Shown: positions 18,090-27,012 of the stretch, one piece after another | How the letters are laid out: every line of letters begins with the position of its first letter | How positions within the stretch are numbered: position 1 is the stretch's first letter | IMG/VR virus record: IMGVR_UViG_3300021403_000011 | Location: 1 to 59,588 of that record | Reading direction: 5' to 3' (one strand) | DNA length: 59,588 nt | From: a virus | Taxonomy: Duplodnaviria > Caudoviricetes | The notes under the pieces: generated by a model | Told to the model about the DNA's origin: nothing | Database searches by the model: none | Seen by the model: the letters and a program-made list of their open reading frames with translations, nothing else | Translations under genes and position numbers: made by a program

Positions 18090-18592
18090 CCCGATCCCAC
18101 TACGAGGACGAGCCCAGCGTCATCGCCGCGCTCGAGCAGGCCGAGGACGCGGACCGGCGCGCGGACGGCCTGGTACCCTGCGCCGGCCCTGCCTGCGCAG
18201 AGTGGCTCCACCCCGGTCACGTGGTCATCCGCGACGGCGCGGATGCCTACGGCTCCTGCTGCGCGGTCCTGGGCGCGCGCGTCGACGCTGACATGGTCGA
18301 GGCGGTGTGCAGGACGATCTTCGCCAACACCGCCAACGGCGACGGCTTGGGCGTGGTCGGGAGACGGGTCTCCGTCCTGCGCCACGTCGGCAAGACCTGG
18401 GCGGTCGTCTACAAGGACGGGACGGTTCTGTTCGTCGCGCACGATGTATTCGAGGTCGCGCGCTGGTACTGCTTCGCGGAGTCAGGCGAGATGGAAGTCG
18501 GGCCAGACACGCCGCCGTACTGGCTGCCGACCGACGCCAAGCAGGCCGCGCGGATGTTTGAGGAGCGCACCATGTACATGAGGAGGGACTAG
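18086..18592 (+). CDS. hypothetical protein
   Basis: GTGA-coupled. Confidence 0.55.
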   Translation: MTRSHYEDEPSVIAALEQAEDADRRADGLVPCAGPACAEWLHPGHVVIRDGADAYGSCCAVLGARVDADMVEAVCRTIFANTANGDGLGVVGRRVSVLRHVGKTWAVVYKDGTVLFVAHDVFEVARWYCFAESGEMEVGPDTPPYWLPTDAKQAARMFEERTMYMRRD

Positions 18593-18595
18593 ACC

Positions 18596-19141
18596 ATGAG
18601 CACGAACTGGATCCTGAGCCAGCTGAAGCACCAGGCGCGCGGCGTGGCCGACGCGACTGACGCGAACGCGGCCGCCGCCGCCGACAAGAAGACCGTGTCG
18701 GTCGAGCTGCTGGACGCGGTCGTGGAGGCCGTGCGGCCGGCGCTCCGCGCGCTGGCGAGCCGGATCGTCATCGCGCGCGCCGTGAGCGGTGCGGGCACGA
18801 CGGAGAAGACCCTCGACGAGCCGGGCCTCTTCCTGGCGTCGACGGGCCCGGCGCCGGCGACCCCGGGTAAGGCGGACCTGTTCCTCTGCCGCGAGGGATC
18901 GTTCGTGCTGCTCGGCTACGACGAGGCCGTCGACGTCGGCGGCGTGAGGCAGTGGAAGGCCGCCGTCGTCGAGCTGGCCACCCGCGACGTGGTCGACATG
19001 TTCCCGCTGGCGGTGGTCCTCGACTCGATCGCGCGCGCGCTGGTCGAGCAGGCGAAGAGCAACACCACGAAGCGGACGCAGGAGATGGTGAACCAGGCGG
19101 CGCGGCTGCGCGCGCTGGTGACGCTGGTCCGGTCGATCTGA
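18596..19141 (+). CDS. hypothetical protein
   Basis: GGAGG SD, codon bias. Confidence 0.65.
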   Translation: MSTNWILSQLKHQARGVADATDANAAAAADKKTVSVELLDAVVEAVRPALRALASRIVIARAVSGAGTTEKTLDEPGLFLASTGPAPATPGKADLFLCREGSFVLLGYDEAVDVGGVRQWKAAVVELATRDVVDMFPLAVVLDSIARALVEQAKSNTTKRTQEMVNQAARLRALVTLVRSI

Positions 19142-19186
19142 CCGTGCCGGGTAATATCAGAACGACCGATGAGAGGAGGGAGCGAC

Positions 19187-19525
19187 ATGGGGGCAGCAGC
19201 GAGGATGATCGAGGACGACCACCGGTGGTTCGCGCCGTCTGACCGGGAGGCGCCGCGGGAGGCGTTCGATGACGTCACCATGGTCACGGAGGTGTCGGCG
19301 GCGGACATCGAGATCGTCGAGGAGGAGGACCTGCCGCCGGTCCTGCCGACGCCCGCGCAGCGGAGCGCGACCCCGCTCCCGACCGGGGAGCGGCGAGACA
19401 CCCGCTTCGCGGAGCTGAGCACGATGGTCGACGAGATGCGCGTCGTCCTGCGCGAGCACAACATGGTGGACCAGGAGATCGACTCGGTCGAGTGGGCCCT
19501 GCGAGAGAGGATCGCCAAGCTATGA
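19187..19525 (+). CDS. hypothetical protein
   Basis: TAATAT at 19152, GAGGAGG SD. Confidence 0.6.
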   Translation: MGAAARMIEDDHRWFAPSDREAPREAFDDVTMVTEVSAADIEIVEEEDLPPVLPTPAQRSATPLPTGERRDTRFAELSTMVDEMRVVLREHNMVDQEIDSVEWALRERIAKL

Positions 19526-19764
19526 GACCGCCATTCGTGACCGTGAACAGACCAGAGCGGGGGGGGGCGCACCACGTCGAGGCGCTGGCCATGGACGTGG
19601 TCAACAAGCTGTATGAGGAGGCGCCGGACCGGTGGGCCCAGCTGTGCCACGAGGCCGTCAAGAGGGGGCTCAAGCCGCTGAAGTACGCCGAGAACCTAAT
19701 CCGCGACCTCCTGCAGACCGCGGTGCTGACCAAGCCCAGAAACGAGAACGGGGCCCAGAGCTGA
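19522..19764 (+). CDS. hypothetical protein
   Basis: ATGA-coupled. Confidence 0.55.
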   Translation: MRPPFVTVNRPERGGAHHVEALAMDVVNKLYEEAPDRWAQLCHEAVKRGLKPLKYAENLIRDLLQTAVLTKPRNENGAQS

Positions 19765-20318
19765 TGCGGTTCGCCACCATGGCGTCCGACCCGGCCTGGA
19801 AGTTCGGCGACAGACTTCCTGGCGCCGGGCGCGGTGCTGCTAAGAACTACCGCGTGATGTCCATCGAGGACATCATGCAGTACCCGATCCCGCCCATGCT
19901 CGACGACTCCTACCTGTTCCTGTGGCGGGTCTCGGCGATGGTCGAGGAGGCATACCGGGTCGTCCGCGCGTGGGACTTCAACCCGAAATCCGAGGTGGTC
20001 TGGGAGAAGCTCACGAAGGAGGGCAAGCCCTGGTTCGGTATGGGGCACCACGTGAGGGCCGCGCACGAGACCTGCATCATCGCTACGCGCGGGAGACCGA
20101 AGCGACTCGCGGCCAACGTCCGCAGCCGGTTCGCAGCGCCGGTACCGCGCGACGCCGATGGCAGGTACATCCACTCGGCCAAGCCCGAGGAGTTCTACAG
20201 GGACGTAGTGATGAGGCTCGCCGGCGGTCCCTACGTCGGGCTGTTCGAGCGCCGGCACCGCCCGGGGTGGGTGACGATCGGCGACCAGGCATGGGGACCA
20301 CCGGAGGTAGGAATATGA
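19764..20318 (+). CDS. MT-A70 family adenine methyltransferase
   Basis: DPAW, Y..MS, LFLW, W.K, GMG...R..HE, HSAKP, LF.R..R.GW. Confidence 0.85.
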   Translation: MRFATMASDPAWKFGDRLPGAGRGAAKNYRVMSIEDIMQYPIPPMLDDSYLFLWRVSAMVEEAYRVVRAWDFNPKSEVVWEKLTKEGKPWFGMGHHVRAAHETCIIATRGRPKRLAANVRSRFAAPVPRDADGRYIHSAKPEEFYRDVVMRLAGGPYVGLFERRHRPGWVTIGDQAWGPPEVGI

Positions 20319-20587
20319 ACACGAGGTCGCAACGGATCGCGAAGGCGCGAGAGTACCTGACGATGGCGCAGCTGAACGACGCCGAGCAGCTCCTCCTGGC
20401 CGAGAGGTTGATCGACGAGGTGTTCGCCCGCGTGTGCCCGATGACGGACCCGCAGATATGCATCGCCGAGGGCTACCTGGCGTCCGCGTCGCACGCCGTC
20501 GAGCAGGCCAGATTGCTGGTCGAGTCGTGGCCGCATGACAGCCTCCCGGCCGACCCGGACCTCGAACCGGAGAACGTCCGTGGATGA
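20315..20587 (+). CDS. hypothetical protein
   Basis: GGAGG SD, ATGA overlap. Confidence 0.55.
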   Translation: MNTRSQRIAKAREYLTMAQLNDAEQLLLAERLIDEVFARVCPMTDPQICIAEGYLASASHAVEQARLLVESWPHDSLPADPDLEPENVRG

Positions 20588-20921
20588 CGACAGGCACCTG
20601 TTCTCCCGCGGGTTCTTGGGGCAACCGGCCCCGGTGCCGAAGATGAGCCCGCTCCCGTGGACGCTCAAGGAGCACTTCAACCACGGTCCTGGCGGTCATG
20701 TCGACCGAGTCTGGGTCGTCCTGGACGCGGACAGCAAGGCGGTCGCGGAAGTCGACCGCTGGCAGGACGCTGACCTGATCGTCAGGTCGGTGGGCACCAG
20801 GGTCGAGCCGGGCACGATCGAGGAGCTGGTCTCGACCGCGAACCAGGCCATCGCCCGGGGGATCGCGCCGCACCTCGTGCTCGCGGCGCTGGAGACCCAC
20901 CTCGTGAGGAAGCTCTCGTGA
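20580..20921 (+). CDS. hypothetical protein
   Basis: SPLPW..DADLIV; overlapping gene chain. Confidence 0.55.
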   Translation: MDDDRHLFSRGFLGQPAPVPKMSPLPWTLKEHFNHGPGGHVDRVWVVLDADSKAVAEVDRWQDADLIVRSVGTRVEPGTIEELVSTANQAIARGIAPHLVLAALETHLVRKLS

Positions 20922-21163
20922 TCCGCAGGTTCTTCCGGTGGCTGCGCCGCCTCCTCCCCTACCCCGGACCCCGGGGGGCGGCGCAGCCTGCAGTGCCGAG
21001 GCGGGTCCTGCACTTGATGGACCCGGGGATGCGCAGCGCCTGCGACGGCGCTGCGGCATCCGCGAAGAACTGGGTGACGGTCCAGCTCGAGCACGTCAAC
21101 TGCAAGGAGTGCCTGCGGATCGGCCGCCGCCGCCGCGTGCGCCGAGTGACGAGGGTGCGGTGA
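20918..21163 (+). CDS. small Cys/His protein
   Basis: GTGA-coupled; H..AC...VNCKEC. Confidence 0.5.
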   Translation: MIRRFFRWLRRLLPYPGPRGAAQPAVPRRVLHLMDPGMRSACDGAAASAKNWVTVQLEHVNCKECLRIGRRRRVRRVTRVR

Positions 21164-21384
21164 TGGGGACGATCGAGACGACCTGCGCCATCCTGGGCGG
21201 CCTGCTCCGCGGCGCGACCCACGACCGGCGTTCGCTGGCGCACGTCCACGGCATGACCGTCGCCTCCGCCGACCGCTACATCCGCCACCTGTCGACGGTC
21301 CCAGGCGTCGTGATCGTCAAGAAGGGGCGGCGGCTGCTGGTGTCCTTCTCATTCGGCGTAGCGCTGAAGGGCCTGGGGATATGA
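21163..21384 (+). CDS. small HTH-like protein
   Basis: TGATG overlap; LA..HGMTVASADRYI. Confidence 0.5.
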   Translation: MGTIETTCAILGGLLRGATHDRRSLAHVHGMTVASADRYIRHLSTVPGVVIVKKGRRLLVSFSFGVALKGLGI

Positions 21385-21710
21385 ACCGCAAGGCCTTCCT
21401 TGAGCGCTACGGTCGCAGCCAGCGCGCCCCAGCGGTCATCCGGGTCCTGGAGGACGCCTTCAAGCTGGAGGCATACCTGCGCCGCAACTCGATCTTCATC
21501 GTGAAGCACGTCCCGGTCGACGGGTTCGTGACCGAGCTCCGCTGGGACCGCCGCACGAAAAGGAGCGAGTTACAGCTGCTGGTGGCGACGCTCCGCCAGA
21601 GCGGGACCGTCCACGTCCGCCCGATCAAACAGTGCAACTCCAGCCTTATCAAGGAACTGGGCCCGGCGCTGGCCACCCTCATACGCCGACTGACCGAGGT
21701 GGCACCGTGA
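21381..21710 (+). CDS. hypothetical protein
   Basis: ATGA-coupled. Confidence 0.55.
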   Translation: MNRKAFLERYGRSQRAPAVIRVLEDAFKLEAYLRRNSIFIVKHVPVDGFVTELRWDRRTKRSELQLLVATLRQSGTVHVRPIKQCNSSLIKELGPALATLIRRLTEVAP

Positions 21711-22009
21711 GCGACCTGGTCCGCTGCAGCTGCGGTTGGTCCGTACCGGAGGGCAGCGTCGTCGGCGTCCCGATGCTCGTGGTCCTGGCGCCGCACGTGA
21801 CCGACATGCTCCAGCACTGGCGCGACGGCCACCAGGTACAGTGCCGGTCCGAGCTGCGCCACCCGATCCGCTCCCTACTCAAGCGCTATCGCCAGCTCCA
21901 GCGCGAGAAGCACCACTCCGGCGACGACGCCGAGAACCTGCGCGAGGAGTTCCGCAGGCGCGGCCTCCGCTTCGAGGCATACGACCCCTTCACCGACGAG
22001 TGGAACTAG
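21707..22009 (+). CDS. hypothetical protein
   Basis: GTGA-coupled, GAGG SD. Confidence 0.55.
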   Translation: MSDLVRCSCGWSVPEGSVVGVPMLVVLAPHVTDMLQHWRDGHQVQCRSELRHPIRSLLKRYRQLQREKHHSGDDAENLREEFRRRGLRFEAYDPFTDEWN

Positions 22010-22011
22010 GC

Positions 22012-22428
22012 GTGCCCGAGGAGACCACCATCAACGGCGAGCGCTGCGAGCTCATCACCGACTTCGAGCAGCTGCGCGAGGCGGACGTCGTCTACGTCGT
22101 CCGCTGCATGTTCTGCGGCGCGGCCCGCCACCGCGCGCTGCTCGGCCGCCGGTACCCGGCCGTGCCGTCCCGCGACCATCTGGGCACCGTCATGGTCTCC
22201 CCGGCCTTCTCGATGCTGCCCAACCCGCACGCGCGCCACAGCGAGGCCGTCCTGGTCCCGGCGAACGTCGACCAGCGGATGATCTGGCGGGTCATCGACC
22301 CCCAGAAGGCGACCGGCGAGGACATGAAGCGGGGCCAGCTGGACGCGCGGCCCCGGCAGAAGACGGACCTCGAGACGCTGGGCCAGGACCTGAAGCAGCA
22401 CCGCAAGCACGACAGGGAACGGTCGTGA
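22012..22428 (+). CDS. hypothetical protein
   Basis: Codon bias; CxxC. Confidence 0.55.
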   Translation: MPEETTINGERCELITDFEQLREADVVYVVRCMFCGAARHRALLGRRYPAVPSRDHLGTVMVSPAFSMLPNPHARHSEAVLVPANVDQRMIWRVIDPQKATGEDMKRGQLDARPRQKTDLETLGQDLKQHRKHDRERS

Positions 22429-22526
22429 GCTGGTGGGACGCCCCGCGCTTCAGCGCGCAGCACGTCGTGGCCTTCGTCATCGCGGTCAGCATCGTCGAGG
22501 TCCTCGTGATCCTGGCCCTGAGATAG
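22425..22526 (+). CDS. 33-aa single-TM peptide
   Basis: MSWWDAPRFSAQHVVAFVIAVSIVEVLVILALR, GTGA-coupled. Confidence 0.5.
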   Translation: MSWWDAPRFSAQHVVAFVIAVSIVEVLVILALR

Positions 22527-22535
22527 GAGGAACCC

Positions 22536-22802
22536 ATGGGAAGTGACAGGCAGAGGTTCAGCACGGTCGCGTGCCCGTTCGGTTGCGACTGGTCGTGGGT
22601 CATCGTTGATTTCGCACCACCGCACTCGGTGCAGCACTACGTCGTCCCGGCGACCGGCGAGGACTCGATCGTCGTGATGGGCGAGGTCAACGGCCTCATC
22701 CCCCAGGTGACCGTCAGCATCCTCCGCCGCCACGCTGGCCAACTGAGCCCCAACTTCCTGTTCAAAAAGTCCCACACCTGCCCGAAGATCACCCGAGGTT
22801 GA
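22536..22802 (+). CDS. hypothetical protein
   Basis: AGGAGG SD. Confidence 0.55.
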   Translation: MGSDRQRFSTVACPFGCDWSWVIVDFAPPHSVQHYVVPATGEDSIVVMGEVNGLIPQVTVSILRRHAGQLSPNFLFKKSHTCPKITRG

Positions 22803-22805
22803 ACA

Positions 22806-22958
22806 TTGGCGAACAACGACCGCCCCGTGACCTGGTGGAACTGCCCGCGCATCAGCATCAAAGACGTGGTCTTGGTGACCGTCGGGTACCAGTTCGGGAG
22901 CTTCATCGGCCAGATCATCGTCGAACTGCTTCGCCGCGCGCTCGGGCTGGTATCCTGA
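22806..22958 (+). CDS. 50-aa hydrophobic peptide
   Basis: GAGG SD, TTG start, fills gap. Confidence 0.35.
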   Translation: MANNDRPVTWWNCPRISIKDVVLVTVGYQFGSFIGQIIVELLRRALGLVS

Positions 22959-22963
22959 CCGCC

Positions 22964-24475
22964 ATGCCTTATGCGAGTAACCGTCAGCGGCGCTTCCTCC
23001 ACGCGGTCAAGCCCGAGGTCGCGGCGGTCTACGACCGGCACGAGCGCCAGGCCCCGGCGATCGGCTCCGCGGTCGACTTCTCGACCCTGCGCCAGCGCGG
23101 CCTGGTCGGCATCTCGGACCGCGTCATCGCCGACCACCTGGCGATGTACGAGCGGTGGTGCGCGGAGCTGCGGCTGCTGGACGCTGCGATCGCCTCGCGC
23201 CCGCTGACCGCGCCGGCGGCGATGCCGAGCGCGGCGGTGGAGGACCTGCTGCGCCGGCGGGTGCGCGACCTGCCGCTCCAGGAGATCAGCGGCCGGCTCG
23301 AGGAGGTGATCGACCAGCTCAAGGGCGAGTTCGTGGCGAGGGGGATCACGTGGTTCCCGACGTTCTACCTGGGCGAGGCGGACTTCTGGACGGCCGATCG
23401 GGCGACGTCGATCAACGTGCCGTGGTACCTGGGCGACGACGTGCTGTGGTCGTTCGTGAACGGGCAGGACGCGCGTTACACGCCTGAGGAGGTACTGGGG
23501 ATCCTGCGGCACGAGGCTGGGCACGCGCTCGGCTACGCGTTCGAGCTCTATCGGCGACAGGACTGGAAGCGCACCTTCGGCAACTTCGGCGCGTCCTACC
23601 GCGACGAGTTCCCGATCGACGCGCAGTCGACGGACTACGTGCGCCACCTCCACGTCATGGACGCCGGCGCCAACGCGCACTACGCCCAGAAGCACCCGGA
23701 CGAGGACTGGGCCGAGACCTTCGCCGTATGGCTCGACCCCGGCAGCCGCTGGCGCGAGGCCTACGCCGCGTGGCCCGGCGCGCTGGCGAAGCTCGAGGCA
23801 GTCGAGCTGATGCTGGTGGGTGAGGGCGCGGCTTACGGCCTGCCGTCGGACACCAGGATCGGCCGGCGGGTCCCGTACGCGACGCTCGACTACACCGTGG
23901 GCGAGTACCTGGGGCAGGCCGAGCAGGACCGGCCAGACCCGCGCGCGGCGGCGCTGCGGCGGCGGCCGGAGGTGTACAGCGCGGTGGTGCTGCACGAGCT
24001 GTACTTCGGTGGGCTTGAGCGCGGCGCCAACGGTCTCGGCCTGGCGCTGACCGGCCGCTTCGCCGAGCTGGCGGGCCCGGACTGGGCAGCTGACTTCCGC
24101 GTGGCGGCGGAGGCGTCCGGCGTCGGCTGGGTGCTCGCTGTCTGGGACCGGCGCGACAACCGGGTGCGCAACGTCCTGGTGAGGGGGCACGACCAGGGCG
24201 TGCCCCCGGGGTGCGAGGTCCTGCTGGCGCTGGACATGCACGAGCACAGCTACGCGGCCGACGTCGGCGCGCGCCGGGACGCGTACGTCGCGGCCTGGTT
24301 CCGCAACGTCTCGTGGTCGGTGGTGAACGGCCGGCTCGACCGCGCGTACCCGCCGCGCGTGGGGGCATTCACGATCGAGAACCCTAACGCGATGTTCGTC
24401 GGGGACCTCGCCGAGCGCAGTGATGCCGTCTTCGTGCGCCGCGACGTCGTCATCAAGCCGCCCGGGGACATATGA
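22964..24475 (+). CDS. Fe/Mn superoxide dismutase-fold protein with inserted Zn-metallopeptidase (Peptidase_Mx-like) domain
   Basis: SOD: ISDRVIADHL.MY, VLHELYF, GW...WD, LLALDMHEHSY; peptidase: RHEAGH, YAQKHPDEDWAETFAVWL. Confidence 0.8.
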   Translation: MPYASNRQRRFLHAVKPEVAAVYDRHERQAPAIGSAVDFSTLRQRGLVGISDRVIADHLAMYERWCAELRLLDAAIASRPLTAPAAMPSAAVEDLLRRRVRDLPLQEISGRLEEVIDQLKGEFVARGITWFPTFYLGEADFWTADRATSINVPWYLGDDVLWSFVNGQDARYTPEEVLGILRHEAGHALGYAFELYRRQDWKRTFGNFGASYRDEFPIDAQSTDYVRHLHVMDAGANAHYAQKHPDEDWAETFAVWLDPGSRWREAYAAWPGALAKLEAVELMLVGEGAAYGLPSDTRIGRRVPYATLDYTVGEYLGQAEQDRPDPRAAALRRRPEVYSAVVLHELYFGGLERGANGLGLALTGRFAELAGPDWAADFRVAAEASGVGWVLAVWDRRDNRVRNVLVRGHDQGVPPGCEVLLALDMHEHSYAADVGARRDAYVAAWFRNVSWSVVNGRLDRAYPPRVGAFTIENPNAMFVGDLAERSDAVFVRRDVVIKPPGDI

Positions 24476-24687
24476 GCCGCCGTCGGATCCCCGAGGCCGC
24501 TAATCACGCCGCGAAAGACCCGCGCGGAATCTGGGGCGAGCTGCATTTCGTCCCTGACGGCAGACGATCGGTCTACTGGGTCTCGCGGCGCTACAGGGGC
24601 GGTTGGGTCATCAACGTCTGGCATCGCTGGGTCCCGAGGACGCACCATCAGGTCAGGCCCGCGGGGATGTTCGACCGTCGCGGGTAA
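24472..24687 (+). CDS. hypothetical protein
   Basis: ATGA-coupled; TAA stop forms the next TAATAT. Confidence 0.5.
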   Translation: MSRRRIPEAANHAAKDPRGIWGELHFVPDGRRSVYWVSRRYRGGWVINVWHRWVPRTHHQVRPAGMFDRRG

Positions 24688-24698
24688 TATCCCCATCG

Positions 24699-24962
24699 AT
24701 GGTCAGCGAGTATGTCGTCGGGCAGTGGCTGTTCGTCCGTTTTTGCGGGATGGACTGCTTCGGGAAGTTCGTCCATGCCAAGGAGCACCAGGTCGTGGTC
24801 GACGTCTTTTATGCCGAGTCAAAACCGGCTAACTATTTACCGACGAGAGCGGTCGATTACTTCGGTCAAAACGGATTGAGGAATCCGCCGTCACGGGTCG
24901 ATTTCGGGCGCGCCGCGTGCTTGATCGCCCCGGTCGAACCGCCATTGGTCCTGCCGGCCTGA
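24699..24962 (+). CDS. hypothetical protein (lower GC)
   Basis: ATG 8 nt after TAATAT. Confidence 0.5.
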   Translation: MVSEYVVGQWLFVRFCGMDCFGKFVHAKEHQVVVDVFYAESKPANYLPTRAVDYFGQNGLRNPPSRVDFGRAACLIAPVEPPLVLPA

Positions 24963-25009
24963 CACCGCGCTGGTGCGCGCGGTCTACCCGGACCTGGTAC
25001 CCTGATCGC

Positions 25010-25276
25010 GTGGTCAAGAAGGCCGCCGCCGCCCGGAAGTCCCGCCGCCAGCTCGCCACGGTGCACGCGCTCCCGGGCGCCGACCGCCCCGAGGACTCGC
25101 TCAAGCGCCTGCACGAGGTGCTTGCCAATGAGGCCCCGAGCGCGGTCATCATCATCAGCGTGGACGCCGGCGGGAAGATCGACGTCAGCAGCTTCGGCAA
25201 GCACGACGACGAGCAGCTGATGGTGGCGGCCGCGCGCATCATGCTGGTCGTGGCGCAGGGCCAGGCCGGCGAGTGA
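25010..25276 (+). CDS. hypothetical protein
   Basis: GTG 6 nt after TACCCT. Confidence 0.55.
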   Translation: MVKKAAAARKSRRQLATVHALPGADRPEDSLKRLHEVLANEAPSAVIIISVDAGGKIDVSSFGKHDDEQLMVAAARIMLVVAQGQAGE

Positions 25277-25305
25277 ACCGCGGCCAGCAGCTCCCGTCGA
25301 TCCCG
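25273..25305 (+). pseudogene. stranded original 5' end of the terminase nuclease gene (MNRGQQLPSIP)
   Basis: Encodes the same 11 aa as 25869-25901; GTGA-coupled to upstream stop; frame stops at 25320. Confidence 0.8.
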
Positions 25306-25323
25306 ACGGTAATATCCTAAGCC

Positions 25324-25872
25324 ATGCGCTTTATCGACCTGACCGGCGACATCTTCGGTCGCTTGGTCGTAATGGAACGAGCGCCGAGTCGCGCGCGGAA
25401 CGTCTACTGGTGGTGCCAATGCTCGTGTGGTCAGCGCTGTGCTGTGATGGGTGAGCTGCTGCGCCTGGGGAAGACGAGTTCATGCGGGTGCCTCAAGGCG
25501 GAGACGTACTACCAGATCGACGTGAAGCGCCCGGCAGTCATCGACGGGGACATTGTCCGCATCCAGCTGACCAAGGGCCTGGTGGCGATCGTCGACCTGG
25601 TCGACGCTGACCTGGCACTGTTCAACTGGTGCGCGCTCAAAGGTCGTGACACCTGGTACGCGGCTAGGAACAAGACCGTACCGGAACGCGAGACCATTCT
25701 CCTGCACCGCGAGGTGGCGAAGCGGGCCGGCCAGGCGATCGATGGGTTGGAAGTGGACCACAAGAACGGCGACGGCTTGGACTGCCGGCGGGACAACCTC
25801 AAGCCCGCCAGCCGTTCCCAGAACGCGATCAACACCCGCCGGTATCGCGAGAAACTGGCTACTCTCGGATGA
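25324..25872 (+). CDS. HNH homing endonuclease with N-terminal Zn domain
   Basis: DLTG..FGRL.V..W.CQCSCG..SSCGC; EVDHKNGDGLDCRRDNL..SQN. Confidence 0.9.
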   Translation: MRFIDLTGDIFGRLVVMERAPSRARNVYWWCQCSCGQRCAVMGELLRLGKTSSCGCLKAETYYQIDVKRPAVIDGDIVRIQLTKGLVAIVDLVDADLALFNWCALKGRDTWYAARNKTVPERETILLHREVAKRAGQAIDGLEVDHKNGDGLDCRRDNLKPASRSQNAINTRRYREKLATLG

Positions 25873-26627
25873 ATCGCGGGCAACAACTGCCGTCGATACC
25901 GTGCTGGTCCTTAAAGCACCCCAAGAAGGCCCTCGACGACCTGGCGCGCGACGAGGGGACGTGGAACCGCGGCTACGCGATGAACCCGATCTCCCCGGGC
26001 GAGCTGAAGTTCCCCAACTTTGAGAAGTGCCGGAAAACCGGGATCCTGCTGTCGGACCTGCACCAGCGCCAGCTGCCGGCCTACGTCGGGGTCGACCTGA
26101 GCTCCAAGAACCGCCCCGGCAACGCGATCGTGGTCGTGGGGCTCGAGCCACCGCTGATGCGCCGGTACCTGCTCGAAGTCCGGTTCGGCGCCTGGACCAG
26201 CCCGGACACCGCGTCGAACCTGGCCGAGGTCTGCTCCCACCACAACGTCCAGTGGATCCAGGTCGAGAACAACGCCTACCAGCAGGCCATCATCGACTGG
26301 GTCAAGAAGGAGAAGGCCAAATTCCCCTACTGGATGAAGATCATGCCGTTCACCACCGGCGCGGGGAAGGCAGACCCGCAGTACGGCCTGCCGGGCCTGG
26401 AGGTCGAGTTCAAGAACGACGGCTGGGTGATCCCCTACTCCGAGTACGAGAGCCACCCGACGACCTGCCTGTGCGACTGGTGCCACCTCGACAATGAGTT
26501 CCGGAACTACCCGCGCGCGGCGACGAGCGATGGCGTGATGGCGACCTGGTTCGCGAGGGACGCGGCGAACAAGTGGGCGCCCCGGACCGGCGGCGCCCGG
26601 GTGAAGGGGAACGTCCGGCGCAGGTAA
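25869..26627 (+). CDS. terL: terminase large subunit, RNase H-fold nuclease half
   Basis: Y.MNP, VGVDLS, IVVVG, VENNAYQ, YP..TSDGVMA. Confidence 0.8.
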   Translation: MNRGQQLPSIPCWSLKHPKKALDDLARDEGTWNRGYAMNPISPGELKFPNFEKCRKTGILLSDLHQRQLPAYVGVDLSSKNRPGNAIVVVGLEPPLMRRYLLEVRFGAWTSPDTASNLAEVCSHHNVQWIQVENNAYQQAIIDWVKKEKAKFPYWMKIMPFTTGAGKADPQYGLPGLEVEFKNDGWVIPYSEYESHPTTCLCDWCHLDNEFRNYPRAATSDGVMATWFARDAANKWAPRTGGARVKGNVRRR

Positions 26628-26637
26628 TATCCTGGGC

Positions 26638-27012
26638 ATGGGAGACAAGGCTGGCCAGGCACCGCTCCACGCGGTGGTCAAGGTCATGGAGGTGCGCGGC
26701 CCGCGCGGCGGGACGGTGCACGTGCTCGTCCTGTCCTGCGGGAGCTTCGTCACCCGGCGGCTGAAGGAGATACACGCGGCGCCCGAGAGCGTGCCGTGCA
26801 TCGCCTGCTTCGTCCGCGAGCAGATGACGCTGGAGCCGGTGGTACATGCCCGGATCACTGATGACCAACTCTACAAAGGCGTGGTGGCGACACGGTGCGG
26901 ACTGAACATCGACGTCGAGCAGGGCTGGGCATGGGGGCGCCATGACGTCACCTGCGGCCGCTGCGTCGCCGCGATGGACGCCGCGCCGAAGAAGAAGCGC
27001 CGCCGTGGGTAA
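26638..27012 (+). CDS. Cys-rich hypothetical protein
   Basis: ATG 7 nt after TAATAT. Confidence 0.55.
   Translation: MGDKAGQAPLHAVVKVMEVRGPRGGTVHVLVLSCGSFVTRRLKEIHAAPESVPCIACFVREQMTLEPVVHARITDDQLYKGVVATRCGLNIDVEQGWAWGRHDVTCGRCVAAMDAAPKKKRRRG

Noticed and set aside
10064-25872. Composite-transposon or single-crossover model in which the two HNHs bracket a 15-kb insertion into terL
   Set aside because: The stranded terL-C start at 25273, coupled to the preceding gene, shows terL-C was already independent at this site; no transposase or terminal repeats seen
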